Positions 22,801 through 36,637 of a stretch of 64,000 bases of DNA are shown here, one piece after another. This DNA comes from Squalus acanthias. Lineage: Eukaryota. The stretch is taken from the NCBI GenBank assembly GCA_030390025.1, contig CM059449.1:35216001-35280000 (forward strand), given 5' to 3'. The position numbers and the translations under genes are program-made. A model generated the notes under the pieces. That model was not told the origin of the DNA. It saw only the letters and a program-made list of their open reading frames with translations, and searched no databases. Every line of letters begins with the position of its first letter. Position 1 is the stretch's first letter.

Positions 22801-25800
22801 GCTTCATGCGAAGTCATTTCCGTTGGAGGCGAGGGCTATTTCAGCTTTCGATCTCCTCAAGCAACAACTGGAAAAGGCCGCGCTTCATTCCATCGATGAA
22901 AATCTCCCTTTCGTGTTCGAGTGCGATGCATCAAAGGTGGCGATCTCAGCTACCTTGAATCGAGGCGGTCGACCTGTTGCATTTCTGTCTAGAACTTTGC
23001 AGGGTAGCGAGCTCCATTACCCTCCTGTCGAGAAGAAGGCTATGGCTATCATCGAAGCAGTACATAAATGGAGTCATTTTCTCGCTGGTCGGCATTTCAG
23101 CGCTCGGTGGCCTTTATGCTGGATAACCGGAAACCCACCAAAATCAAGACTGACAAAATACAGCTCTGGAGGATGGAATTGGCCGCCTTTGGCTACACCA
23201 TACAATATCGACCCGGCAAGGAGAATGTGGCCCCGGATACCCTCACGCTTGCATTCTCCTCTTCCATGTCAACTTCGACTCTTGCGGATCTTCATACTGA
23301 CTTATGCCATCCTGGCGTTTCCCGTATGTTGCACTCTGTGCGGTCTAAAAATCTCCCATTTTCTACGGAAGACATGAACAGAACATACTCCACTTGTAGA
23401 ATTTGCACGGAATTAAAACCGCAATTCTTCTGTCCGTCGGATGGCTCACTCATACACGCCACACAGCCTCTGCTGCGACTCAGCATTGATTTTAAAGGCC
23501 ATTGACTTCCTCAACGCGAAACACCTACCTGCTTACTATGGTGGACGATTATTCACGCTTTCCCTTTGCTTTCCCCTGTCCCAATATATTTACTTCCAAA
23601 GTGATGAAATGCCTCGATCAGGCCTTTTCCCTTTGCGGTACGGCCAATTTCATCCACTCTGATCGGGGACCCACCTTCATGTCAAGCAAACTTAAAAGTT
23701 ATCTTTCCCAACGGGGAATCGCCAGAAGTAAAACGACACCACATCATCCTATTGGAAATGGACAGGTTGAGAGATACAACGCTATCATTTGGAACGCTGT
23801 TCGTCTTGCACTGAGGTCACGCAATCTACCAGACCATCAGTGGGAAACTATGCTCCCCGATGCGTTGAATTCCATCAGGTCTCTTCTTTCTACATCCACC
23901 AATGTTACTCCTCATGAACGATTCTTCGGGTTCCAGCGTCGCTCCACTCATGGGACGTCTCTACCATCATGGTGGGCTGCTCCTGGCTCCATGCTGCTCC
24001 GAAGATTCGTCCGATCCTCCAAGAGTGATCCCCTCATCGACGAGGTGGAACAAATTGATGTCAATCCTACATACGCGTACGTGCGGGATCCTGATTCCCG
24101 GGAGTCCACAGTTTCACTTCGGGATCTGGCTCCCTGCCCAACCGGTCCCACGGACCCAATCGATAGAGAGACCTGTATTAATAATGCCAATACACCGCGC
24201 TCCTCCGAGGATGACTCTCTACCCGGGACATCAAGGGATCTGCCAGCTACTCCGCTGGATCAACCCGGGAAACAGAGCGCTCCCCGCAGGATTGCCACAC
24301 GGAGACAGGACGCCGGTCAATCACCAGCTACTGAGCAGGATGAAGCCAGCTCTGCGCCGGTATTGACCCGGACCTGGAGCCACCATCTCCCCAGTCCCCC
24401 TGAGGACGATCAAGGCGACACGGACTCTGCCAGCCCGCCGGTATGAACCAAACGAACCAGGGACCAAAACACTGTCCGAGGAGACTTGCCTTCCGGCCTC
24501 CAACGGAGACCCAAGCGACTGCGTATATTCTTAGTGTGTCTATTTCGGTAGAAGGAAGCCGCCGGACTTCCAATCTTTCAGGTGGGAATAATGACATGAA
24601 TCTTGTTATTCATGACTTATGAAGAAATACTGGGCGGCCTACTGGTGGCGCTGTCCAGGGAGAGTATAAATACTCGGGCATGGGCCCAGCTTGCTCAGGG
24701 ACATTCTTCAACAGGAACTATGGAGGGACTCAACTAGACCTCCATGTTGGGAAACAGTTGATTAAAGCTTTGTTTAACGCTTAGAGCGAGTGCCTAGTAG
24801 TTTTCTTACGTCAGCAAGTAGATCATTTCTTTAGGTAAGGAGATCAAAACTGCACACAGTACTCCAGGTGTGGTCTCACCAAGGCTCTGTATAACTGCAA
24901 TAAGACATCCTTGCTCCTGTACAAAAATCCTCTTGCAATGAAGGCCGTCATACCATTTGCCTTAGTAACTGCTTGCTGCACCTGCATGTTTGATTTCAGT
25001 AACTGGTGTACAAGGACACCCAAGTCCATCTGTACATCAACATTTCCCAATCTATCACCATTTACATAATACACTGCCTTTCTCTTTTTCCTACCGAAGT
25101 GGATAATTTCACAGTTATCCACGTTATACTGCATCTGCCATGTATTTTCCCACTCACTCAACTTGTCTAAATTGCCTTGAAGCCTCTCGCACCCTCCTCA
25201 TAACTCACAATCCCACCTAGTTTTGTGTCATCAGGAAACTTGGAAATATTACAGTTGGTTCCCTTATCCATATCATTGATGTATATTGTGAATAGCTGGG
25301 GCCAAAGCACTGATCCCTGCGGAACCCCCCTAGTCACCGCCTGCCACCCCGAAAAATACACATTTATTCCTACTCTTGGTTTCCTGTCTGTTAACCAATA
25401 TTCAATCCATGGCAGTTTATTTCCCGCAATCCCATGTGCTTTAATTTTCCACACTAACCTCTTATGTGGGGCTTTATAAAAGGTCTTCTGAAACTCAAAA
25501 TACACCACATCCACTGGTTCTCCCTTATCTATTCTACCAGTTTCATCCTCAAAGAACTCCAGTAGGTTTTTCAAACACGATTTCCCTTTCATAAATCCAT
25601 GTTGACTTTGTCTAATCCCGTTGATATTTTGTAAGTGTCCTTTATAATAGACTTTAGCATGTTCTCTACTGCTGATGTTAGGCTCACCAGTCTGTAGTTC
25701 CCTGTTTGCTCTTTCCCACCTTTTTTAAATAGCGTGGTTAAATTTTCCACCCTCTAATCTGCAGGAACTGTTCCATAATCTATAGAATTTTGGAAGATGA

Positions 25801-28010
25801 TAACCAATGCATCCACTGTGTCCATGGCTACCTCTTTTAGTACTCTGGGATACAGATTATCAGGCCCTGGGGAGTTATCGGCTTTCAGTCCCATTAATTT
25901 CTCCAGCACTATTTATTTACTAATACTATTTTCCTTTAATTCCTCCTGCTCACTAGACCCTTGGTTCCCTAGCATTTCTGGGAAGTTATTTGTGTGCTCT
26001 TCTGTAGAGAGAGAGAACCAAAATATCTGTTTAATTGCTCTGCCATTTCCTTGTTCTCCATTATAAATTCTCCCCTTTCTGACTGTAAGGGACCTACATT
26101 TGACTTCACTAATCTTTTTCTTTTTACATACCTTTAGAATCTTTTACAGTCCGCTTTTATGTTCCTTGCAAGTTTACTCTCATACTCTATTTTTCCCCTC
26201 TTAAGCAATCTCTTGGTCATTTTTTGCTGAACTGTAAACTGCTTCCAATCCTCAGGCTAGCTACTTTTTCTGGCAACTTTATATGGATCCTCTTAGGATC
26301 TAATACTATCCTTAATTTCTTTTCTTAGCCATGGTTGGGTCTATTTTCCTTTTGTGTTTTTGCGCCAGAAATTAATGTATAGCTGTTGCAATTCATCCAT
26401 TCGGTCCTTAAATGTTAGCTATTGCCTGTCCACCGTCATGCCTTTTAATGAAGCTCCACAATCTATCATAGGCAACTCACTCCTCATACCTTCGTAGTTT
26501 CCTTTGTTTAGATTAAGGACCTAGTTTCATTTTGGAATTCTTCACTTTCCATCTTTATGAATAATTCTATCATGTTATGGTTACTCTTCCCTAAAGGACC
26601 CCGCACAACAAGATTATTAATTAACCCCTTCTCATTGCACAATACCCAATCTAGGATCGCCTGTTCCCTAGTTGGCTCCTCAAAGTACTGGTCCAAAAAA
26701 CGTCTCGTACACACTCCAGGAATTCATCCTTCACAGTATTATTGCTAATTTGGTTTGGCCAGTCTCTATGTAGATTAAAGTCAACCATGATTACTGTAGT
26801 ACCCTTGTTACATGCATCTATAATTTCCTGTTTGATGCCATCCCCTATATTACCACTACTGTTTGGAGGAATATAGACAACTCCCATCAATGTTTTCTGC
26901 CACTTGGTGCTTCTTAGCTCCACTCAGACTGATTGTGCATCTTGATTTTCTGAGCCAATATCCTTTCTCACTATTGCTCTGATTTCATCCTTTACTAACA
27001 ACACCACCCCACCTTATTTTCCTTTTTGCCTGTCCTTCCTAAATATCGAATATCCTTGTATATTCAGCTCCCAGCCTTGGTCACCCTGCGGCCATGTCTC
27101 CGTAATCACAATTATATCACATCCATTTACATCTATTTGCGCTGCTAATTCGTCTACCTTATTACAAATGCTTCTTGCATTGAGATAGAGTGCCTTTAGA
27201 TTTGTCTTTTTAACGCGGAGCCGAAGTTCCTGGAGCCGCAGAGACTTACCGCAGATGTATTCACCCTGGACAAAAATGTCCACAAGCTCCCACATATTGC
27301 ATCAGCAACACATCTCCTGTTCTCCCATTATTTTATTTATTTTATTAATTAGTTTACAGTTAATAAAATTATTTACCTCGTTTAGCTTATTAAATTAATT
27401 CAAATAACTTTATTTTTAATAATTTAGTTTTATGTAAAATGTTAACTTAAAACTTAGCCCACTGTCACTACCAATCACTTACCTGCCTTACCTGTGAGGT
27501 CAAACGGCCGTTTTCTCTTTTTGATGCAAGTCTCCTGCTGCTTTTATCCCTGCTCTCGTGCCTCGGTCTGCTCCCTCTCAGTTCCGCCGCTGCTCTGCGG
27601 GAGAAGTTAGGAAAAGCATGTACCTCCTTCCTCCACTTCACCGAACTCCCACACTTACCAAACTTAAAGTAATTCACTCTGTGCACGCTGCACTCAGTGT
27701 TGGCTGCACTCACATGCCCCTGTGTTTATACTGTTTCTGACTCAAATGAGTCAGCACTGCTCTGCTACTGTTTCAGGAACCAGTTTAATCCAGTTAGCTA
27801 TTTAACTGACTACAGCAGCTCTCCAAAAGACAACTTGCTTGTTTGTCTATGCATAAGCCTGAAGAAACTTAAAATAATTAAAGTTAAATTTTAACTTAAA
27901 CAGTTGATCTTACTTAAGAGCTACTAGCATTTAACACTTGATTTTAAAAGCGATTAAGCCTTAAAACTCCCACACTTACCAAACTTCCTTTAGTTCACTC
28001 TGTGCTCGTT
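19831..28010 (-). mobile_element. Near full-length CR1 (HER1-like) LINE, interrupted by a Gypsy element
   Basis: TTTCTATG-type tail near 19835. ORF2 remnants: [21 protein letters not shown] and KFPDDTKL, C-terminal LYRALVRPHLEYC. ORF1 N-terminus MWELVD...YICGK. The 5' boundary is approximate. Confidence 0.9.
20339..24813 (+). mobile_element. Full-length decayed Ty3/Gypsy LTR retrotransposon (Mag-like organisation)
   Basis: 222-bp LTRs 20339-20560 and 24592-24813 (TG...CA, ~17 differences by eye); 5-bp TSD GCAAG. Gag from ATG 20660 with two CCHC knuckles (21322-21423), then protease ALIDSC, RT YLDN, RNase H ECDAS and integrase IHSDRG/GNGQVER. Many frameshifts. Confidence 0.95.
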
Positions 28011-28319
28011 CTAAGGAACTTGGTGAACAAACCTGGGAGCCTGGTCATGCACAGAGTCGACAACAGCTGATTAGGAACAACTTCACTTGAATAATTTCCG
28101 CACCCTAAGCATTAACAGTCCTAACATTATAGTGAACCCCATGACAACAGTTTGATCTAAATCACATTCCCACGTGTGACTCTTTAGCACCCGCACCATG
28201 TCAGAAGACCATATTATTTCTCCCTGACATTGGACCAATCCCACTAATCAATTGAAAAAAATAATTTTACTGGTAAATGTTAGCATTCAACTTCCATCCT
28301 TCTATGGTTCACAATAGCA

Positions 28320-29200
28320 CGTTTTGAATTAGCAAGAGACAGTTGACGGTGGAGTAGACGGAAGAGACTTTATTGATATACAGCACAGTGATTGGCCTAA
28401 CTGCATACAGAGAGAGCTGCTTTTCGGTTTCTGCATCTTTCGAGCTCTCCGAAGAACTACTGAAAACCGTGCTCCTTTATACACCATATTTATCTACGTC
28501 ACATGTGCATGTTATAGATAAGACCTCATGATGTTTCTATTCCCAAATCCTTTAAAGACATTCTGTTCATTTTAACAGTTGTATTTGCTTATTCAAAAGC
28601 TATTTCCCTCAAACAAGACTTCCTGATGTAACTGTTCTTTGTCTCGCAGAAGAACAGGCTTTATTAACAGTTATTCTTCTATACTAAAGCTAATGGATAC
28701 CTCTGCCTATGTTTATTACCCCAGCCCCTAAAGTTAGATTTAATCACTCATGGCTGACGTCATTACTGTCAGTTATTTCCTTGCACAAGCACTTTACGTA
28801 TCAGAAGACAAACTATGTATTCCTCAAAGGATACTTCAAAGCCATCCTGTATATCTTGGATGAACTGCTGTTCCAAGTTACAAAGAGGCTCGACTATTAA
28901 CCCTTTACTCCCCAAGATGTCCAACATACAGCTCTCTGGGATGTCCAACATATCCACCACTTATTATTTCTAATGATGCATGCTCATATATTGAGCTTGA
29001 CTCCCTATACATCATAATTCTAGTTCACTGTGCTGAACTTTGTTTTAAACTATCACCCACCATTCATGATTTTCAAAGGTACATGTCCCATTTTCAACGC
29101 CAACACATCATCGTTTCATATACACCATCGCTCATTTAATTTTATGGTTTTAAACTGCAGAAGTAATCCAAGATAATTGTTACCTTTACGACACAACGTT
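28320..29200 (-). repeat. Probable solo-LTR or interspersed repeat
   Basis: TATAAA and AATAAA in LTR-like order on the minus strand. Segment 28836-28960 recurs at 33720-33840. Boundaries unclear. Confidence 0.35.
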
Positions 29201-30910
29201 AATCCCCAACAACTCCTGGCGATCCCTCGTGGGAATATTTAAAGTTTAAATATTATTAGCATTACATATCTATCTCGATCAATTTGTACGTCTAACGCAA
29301 TTTTCATTTGGTTAAAATTACACATCATGATACAATCAAAGATAATCGTAATACATTGTACAGAACCCTACAGTGTATCGTAATATCAAGAAATCAATAA
29401 CTTAAAAATGATCCCGCTCCCCTTTTAACAGTATCCAACTCGTAGAAATTCTTGCTAAGTCTTATTTCCCACTATGTTGCAGTCAACTCAATTTCATTGT
29501 CAACTCAAAGTAATTCAACATGGAATTTTAGAAATTTAAATTCTATGTCCCTCTTTACTTTAATTCCCATCCCTCTGATAGGGACCATTGCGGTCAACAC
29601 TATATTGCTTCATTAAAAGTTAGTTTCGCTATGGAGCTTATGTCAGTGCCTTTAAAAAGAAATTCTCACATTCCTGGACCACATTAACCATTTCATGTTT
29701 CATTGTTATCATTTAACTGAGCATGTCTGAGACTCGTTCTTCAGTGAATCTTTACCATGCATTAGCACATGATAATTGCCTCTTGCACAATATATCAAAT
29801 TTGCACACACACTGGTATCCCAATATCATACCACACTTGACATCTTATACAAGCCATTCCTGGGCTTTTAAATTATCTAATCAAAAGATCGGAGTTCTTT
29901 CTCAAAACCCGTGCATGGCACCATATTGATTGGACAAATCAAATTGGCAATGGTAACCGTGAGGAGTAGTTCCTAGAGTGTATCCGGGATGGTTTCCTAG
30001 AACAGTATGTAATGAAACCAACCAGGGAGCAGGCTATCTTGGATCTGATACATTGTAATGAGACATAATTAATAAATTATCTCATAGTAAAGGATCCTCT
30101 AGGAAAGAGTGATCCAGCATGCTTGAATTTAAATTCAGTTGGAGTGTGAGAAAGTTGTATCTCAAACCAGTGTCCTGATTTTAAACAAAGGCAATTACAA
30201 TGGCATAAGGACAGTACAGGACTGGAAAAATAAATTAAAGGGTAAGACAGTTGAAATGCAGTGGCGGACATTTAAGGAGATATTTCATAACTCTCAACAA
30301 GAATATATTCCAGTGAGAAAGAAAGGTTTAAAGAGAAGGGAGTACCATCCGTGGCTAACTAAGGAAGTAAAGAATGGTATCAAATTGAAAATGAAGGCAT
30401 ACAATGTTGCCAAGATTGGTGAGAGGCCAGAGTATTGGGAATGTTTTCCAAACCAGCAAAGGGTGACTAAAAAATAAAAAAGAGAGAGAAGATGAATTAT
30501 GAGAATAAACTGGCAAGAAATATTAAAACAGATAGTAAGAGCATCTACAGGTATATAAAAAGGAAGAGAGTAGCTAAAGTAAACGTTGGTCCCTTAGCGG
30601 ATGAGACTGGGGAATTAATAATGGGGAACGGGTTAATGGCAGAGACTCTGAACAAATATTTTATATCTGTCTTCACGGTAGAAGAAACTAATAACATCCC
30701 AATAATGGATAATCAAGGGGCCACAGGGAGGGGGGAACTAAAGACAATCACTGTGACTAAGGTAAAAGTACTTGGTAAAATAATGGGACTAAAAGATGAC
30801 AAGTCCCCTGGACCAGATGGCCTGCATCCCAGGGTCTTAAAAAAGTGTTTGCAGAGATAGAGGATGCATTGGTTGCAATATACCAAAATTCCCTGGACTC
30901 TGGAGAGGTC

Positions 30911-31338
30911 TTGGGTTTATGTCACGATACATGACGTGATCCGGACTCGAGTCGTCGTTGGCTTGTTCACAGATGTGATTCCCAGTAAAAAAGTAAAAAT
31001 TTTAAAGTTAATCGTTTTACATACAGACGGCAGCTTTTGACACGTTCGACCCCATGCGATTCCACCTCATTGTCTCAGTTGTATCTTGCTATGTCTTTGA
31101 TGTGGTACCTTCCTGGCTGACCTGATTAACTTTATCACACCTCGGCAGATAAACAGTCAGGATGATTGAATTCAGTTGTCTGCAATTGTAAGTTACACAT
31201 GCTTTGTTCTCTATCTATATATGCTTTGACGATTCTGTATCTCCTCACTTCACCCGATGAAGGAGTTTTAACTCCGAAAGCTTGTGATTTAAAATAAAAC
31301 TGTTGGACTATAACCTGGTGTTGTGCGACCTCTCAACA
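30911..31338 (+). mobile_element. Penelope family B pLTR inserted in the CR1
   Basis: 11-bp TSD CTGGAGAGGTC (30900-30910, 31339-31349). Starts with the LGFMSRY ORF end; 3' end matches 61270-61350. Confidence 0.85.
31250..31286 (+). ncRNA. Minimal hammerhead ribozyme (family B) with a core substitution
   Basis: TCAC CCGATGA AGGAG TTTAA CTCC GAAA GC T T GTGA; CUGA core reads CCGA. Confidence 0.65.
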
Positions 31339-32852
31339 CTGGAGAGGTCCCAGCGGATTTGACACCCGCAAATGTAACACCCCTATTTAAGAAAGGAGGG
31401 AGGCAGAAAGCAGGAAACTATGGACCAGTTAGCCTAATATCTGTCGTTGGGAACATTTTGGAGTCCTTCATTCAGGAAGCAGTAGCAGGGCATTTGGAAA
31501 ATCATAAAGCAGTCAAGCAGAGTCAGCATGATTTTAATAAAGAGAAATCATGTTTAATAAATTTGCTGAAGTTCTTTGAGGATATAACGAGCAGGGTGGA
31601 CAAAGGTGAGCGAGTGGACATGGTGCATTTGGATTTCCAGAAGTCATTCGATAAGGTGCAACATAAAAGATTACTGCATAAGATAAGAGCTCACGGAGTT
31701 GGGGTTAAAATATTAGCATGGATAGAGAATTGGCTGACTAGCAGAAAGCAGAGAGTCGGTATAAATTTGTCATTTTACAGTTGGCAAATGGGAACTAGTG
31801 GGGTGCTACAGGGATCAGTGCTGGGGCCTCAACTATTTACAATGTATATTAATGCCTCGGATGAAGGGACCGAGTGTAATGTAGCCAAGTTTGCGGATGA
31901 TACAAAGATGGGTTGGAAAGCAAGTTGTGCAGAGGACTCAAAGAATCTGCAAAGGGATCTTGAATCGCTAAGTGAGTGGGAAAACATTTGGCAGATGGAT
32001 TATAATGTGGGAAAGTGCGAGGTTATCCACTTTGGCAGGAAAAATAAAAAAGCAAATTATCATTTAAATAGAGAGAGATTACAAAATGCTACAGTTGAGA
32101 GCGAACTGGGGGTTACCTTGTGCATGAAACACAAAAAGTTAGCATGCAGGTACAGCAAGTAATGAAAAAGGAAAATAGAATGTTGGCCTTTCTTGCAAGT
32201 GGGTTGGAGTATAAGAGCAGTGACGTCCTGCTACAATTGTACAGGGTATAGGTGAGACCACATCTTGAGTACAATTTTGGTCTCCTGAATAAAGGAAGGA
32301 TATACTTGCATTGGAGGCAGTTCAGAGACGATTTACTAGGTTAATTCCAGAGATGAGGGGGTTGACTTATGAATAAAGGTTGAGCAGGTTGGGCCTTTAC
32401 TCATTGGAATTCATAAGAATGAGAGGTGATCTCATTGAAACATATAAGATACTGAGGGGACTCGACAAGGTAGATACAGATAGGACTTTTCCCTTCGTGG
32501 GGAAATCTATAACCCGGGGGTATAGTTTCAGAATAACGGGTCGCCCTTTTAGAACTGAGATGAGGAAAATTTTCCTCTCTCAGAGGGTAGTAAATCTGTG
32601 GAATTCTCTGCCCCAGAGAGCCGTAGAGGCTGGGTCATTAAATACATTTAAGGTGGTGATAGACAGATTTTTGCAAGATAAGTGATTGTAAGGTTATGGG
32701 GAGCGGACAGGGAAGTGGCTTTGAGCCCAAGATCAGCCATTACCTTATTGAATGGCGGAGCAGGCTCGAGGAGCTAAGTGGTCTATTCCTGCTCCTCTTT
32801 CTTATGTTCTTATGTCCCAATATTGGATAGTTGCCAGGCCATCAAAGATAAT

Positions 32853-33523
32853 GGCCCGTATTTTCCCGGCAGGCCTCCCGCGGGCGGAGGCCTGCGATCT
32901 GGAAAAATCGACGTCCTTACCTGAGGGCTCCCGGGACGCACACGCTTCCGCTCCTGGGCCTTTCCAAACTCCAAGTGCACAGGGCACACGTATCCCAGAG
33001 GTGCATGTAGTTCGCAGCGTCCCTGGGCTCACGTGGACCAAGAGGAGCCAATCAAAGAAGGGAATCTCCCTTCATACACTTGAAGGGAAGACGTGTCAAA
33101 TATGTGAATGGAGATCACCCCAAAAACCTAGTAAAACTTTAAATATATTTTTTTAAATTACATGTTTAAAATGTTTTGAAATTACAATAAATGAAGTATT
33201 TTAAACAAACATTTAATTTTTTGAAAATAATAATTAAATTATTACGGGGCTAAAAATAAACTTACCTCTTTTTAAAAGTGTTTTTACCAGGCGTAAGAAT
33301 TGTAAGGATTTCCTGTGGGCGGAGGGTCTCCAAAAAGTGGAACTGTACGCCCGCAGAAGCCCTTCTCTAGGGCAGCCGGAGGATCTGTCAAGACCATTCT
33401 TGACGTATCGGGAATGCCGGTATTCAGCCCATGCACTGTGTATGCCTGAAACCGGCATTTCCGATGTCCCTACGGGTAGGTACGCAGCGGGTACCCACCC
33501 GTAGGGATCGGAATATCTGCGCC
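32853..33523 (-). mobile_element. Hairpin-rich MITE copy M6
   Basis: TIRs GGCCCGTATTTTCC / GGAATATCTGCGCC; similar to M2 and M3, with an internal deletion. Confidence 0.85.
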
Positions 33524-35306
33524 ATTATTCTTTCTGTCGGCAAATAAATAAATATCTCCAGCGGAAACCTATTAATCAGTGATTTTCACCTACTCCCGAC
33601 TTTCAATAGAATGTACATCGATACCAAATTGAAATCCGTTCAGGAATCAAGCTCAGGTGATTTATGTTATTCAGGTATACACTCACACATCTTTTCACCA
33701 GGCATTCCTCTCACGATACTTCAAAGCCATCCTGTATATCTTGAAAGAACTGTTGTTTGAAGATGCAAAGATGTTCGATTTTAATCCTTAACTCCCCAAG
33801 ATGTCCAATATACATCACTCCAGGTTGTCCAATGTTCATCATACTTTTGTAAAACGAATATTATTTTTACTTCCACCATGCTCAGCTGTGGCGACTACAC
33901 TCTTCATTATTTAACGTCCATAATCTTACTTGTCTGTATAACTACTTCAGTGGCAGTATGTTCAGCGGGGAGGGCTGATGCCTTGCAGCAGGAGCCGCCT
34001 GGAAATGAAATGGCTTTTTCCTCATGGCAGCCGTGGACCATGAGAGATCAGCTGGTGTTTGCATCTCCAATGTCAAAGTAAAGTCTGGAAGTGGTGACAT
34101 GAATCGAGTACGGTTGGAAAAAGCAGATATAAAGGTGAGGAAGCCGGTGACAAAGGTTAAGGTATTACACTAATAGTCTCTGAAACTGATATTACATTAG
34201 CTAACAGATTGCATGCAGTGTCCAATAAAGCAGATGTCTATAAGAAGGAAAAACATTGAATTTATCCAGAAAATTCTGCGACCCTCTGACAGAATATAGA
34301 ATGACTCCAGGGTCCACTTCCAATTCCAGCCCCCACCCCCCAACCAGGACTGGTAATCCGCTTGAGATACGCACCAGCCCACGAATTTTGGGCTCCCAAA
34401 GTTTGCTTCAAAGGCAAACGTGCCAACGGCTGGGCCAACGTGGCCCTCTTGAGTGAGATTGATGCCAATTTGGGTCACTTTGGAGCTGTGGTCCAAACAA
34501 GGAAGAGCCTCTCGCTCCTGAAACAAAGGGATCAGGGGAAAATACAAATTAATGTTAGAGCTGGGAACTGAGTTTCAGCTGTTAGTGATTCACTTACACC
34601 TCTGAATTTTAAGGCGCTCAAAATAACTTGGAAATCTATACTGAACCATTGAGTATTTTTATTGGTGTACAATAGTCAGTTTCTTAGTAAATCAGTGTTT
34701 TTACCTGTAGAAACTTTTATAACGTGTCGACTGGTGCCTGTGCGCCTGAGAAAAGCTCAATTAGAGGACACTCATCGAACAGACACAATGGGCGGAAACT
34801 CGCCACGCTCATTATTTCGATCTGGGGGCGTGGCCAACTTTGTGGGCGGGGCCGGTTTCGGGCAAAATGACTTTTAAACCAGCGTTAAAGATCGCGGAAA
34901 CTTGATTTACGCTGATGTAACGCACACTTGATTTTGCACTGGTTCAGTTAATTTCACGCGGATTGCACTGATAAATCAAGCAGAAACTCTACTCCTTTAA
35001 ATTTAACTTAATGGTTCTTTTTGCTAATAAGGCACTTCAGGCATAACCCTTGGCTTTATAAACAATAGAGTCATTCATTATATAGCAGAAAAATACCGCA
35101 ATAGAATTAAACGACATCCACAATTGATCCATAATTTAGAATTGTATTAACAACAATAAGAACTCCCAAAATGGGTTCCCTTATTTGAAAACAAAAACAT
35201 GTCCCAGAATAACATCTTAATGAAAATTTTGCATCTACTCATGGTTGGCTCAGACTTGCACAGGCCCTCAAAATATCTCGGTGCCACCGGGTTGTGACGT
35301 AGCACC

Positions 35307-35520
35307 TGGTCTGGAGCCAGTTTATGGAGATCTACAGCAGGTCTGGAGCCAGGTTATGTAGATTTTCAGCTGGTCTGGAGCCAGGTTATGGAGATCTTCA
35401 GCAGGACTGGAGCTTGGTTATGTAGGTGTTCAGCTGGCCTGGAGCCAGGTTATGGAGATCTTCAGCAGGACTGGAGCTTGGTTATGTAGGTGTTCAGCTG
35501 GCCTGGAGCCAGTTTATGCA
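35307..35520 (+). repeat. 32-bp minisatellite, ~6.6 copies
   Basis: CTGGAG starts at 35311, 35343, 35375, 35407, 35439, 35471 and 35503. Two unit variants alternate. Confidence 0.95.
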
Positions 35521-36099
35521 ATTTCCTACGGAGACCTGATCTTCTCTTATTACATCTACGAGATGTAACTCAGCGAGCCCGTGTTGCTTCAGCCCGTCCG
35601 GAACCAATTTTACGCTTTTATATAAACCTGTTGCATATTTTATGTATTTTTTACTACTGCTAGCACTTGTGTGCTTGCAATCAGTGCAATGTGACTTCGG
35701 GGTCCCGTTTCTCCGGTTTCCTGACGGTGAACGGCACCGTTGGAATTTGTGACACGGACACCGGATTCAAAAAGAGCAGCAGGGCCTCTCACTGTGGAAT
35801 GACCAGGAGTGAAGAGTTCCAGATTGGACAGCTCGTGCGAGCGGCCAGGAGCTCACGTTGGGACCTCTTCACCCTGCACAGTGACACACGTCCAGGTCCG
35901 TGATCACAGCCCAAGAGCTCAGCGCAAGGAGCACTTACAATTCACCAGCCCAACACTCTCAACCCCACCAATTATTGCCAAGCCCCTTTCCCAGTGCTGT
36001 TTCCTGCTGTGTCTCGAAGTTACTGTGTGAGATGTGCAATATTCGCCCCGCAGTGGACACATTCTCTCCACACTCTGACACATCAGTTTAGGAACCTAC

Positions 36100-36637
36100 G
36101 GTTCGAAATGACGTACTTTCGGAGGGGCAGCAATTTTATCCTCATCGCACAATCCAGGATACAAAAATGGAAAGAGTTTCTCAGTGAATGTGTCAGTGAA
36201 AGTGTAGAGATTGGACAAATCATCACCATTGTAAAAGTCATCTGTCCTCCCTCCTATTCCAAGTATACTGTGATGGTCCTGCGGTTCACACTCGGGGTCA
36301 GTGGGACTAAAGAGCTTTCAACAGCTCTATCTTAATTCCCATTTCACGGGTGCACAATCCAGTATCCATGTTCAGGCCCCAGGTTTAACTCTCCTTTCCT
36401 ATTGGATGACTCTCTGCCACACCTAAAGTTCACTCAGTCTTGTCCATAAACTCCAACGCCCAGTCGTGTTTCCCTGATGTGTATCCCTGTGACCCCGAAC
36501 ACAGGCAGCAGCAGTGAATCTCTCCGGGTTATCAGGAAGCAGGTATCCTCTCTCACCAAGTCTCACACTGCTCCGGTCCTCAGACAGGATGAACTTACGA
36601 TGCGCTGTGTTTGGGTCCAGGGTCAGTGAGTCTGGGA
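36100..36637 (-). pseudogene. B30.2 (PRY-SPRY) terminal exon pseudogene of a TRIM/butyrophilin-type gene
   Basis: TTTCCCCCAG acceptor, then VPDSLTLDPNTAHRKFILSEDRSSVRLGE...LPDNPERF. Frameshifted downstream, with remnants of VYL..EGGQ and LYTFTDTFTEKLFPFLYP. Confidence 0.85.

Larger units (their letters stand above)
29925..32815 (+). mobile_element. 5'-truncated CR1 LINE (APE end, RT, 3' tail)
   Basis: KSPGPDGLHPRVLK, SGVLQGSVLGP, KFADDTK, MRGDLIETYKIL; TTCTTATG tail near 32800-32815. Confidence 0.92.

Noticed and set aside
34330-34420. FGSPKFVGWCVS resembling the IL-1 family signature
   Set aside because: Short, weak match with no supporting exons or splice sites.
35307-35520. CRISPR-like periodicity
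   Set aside because: Units are contiguous with no unique spacers and the context is eukaryotic; it is a minisatellite.
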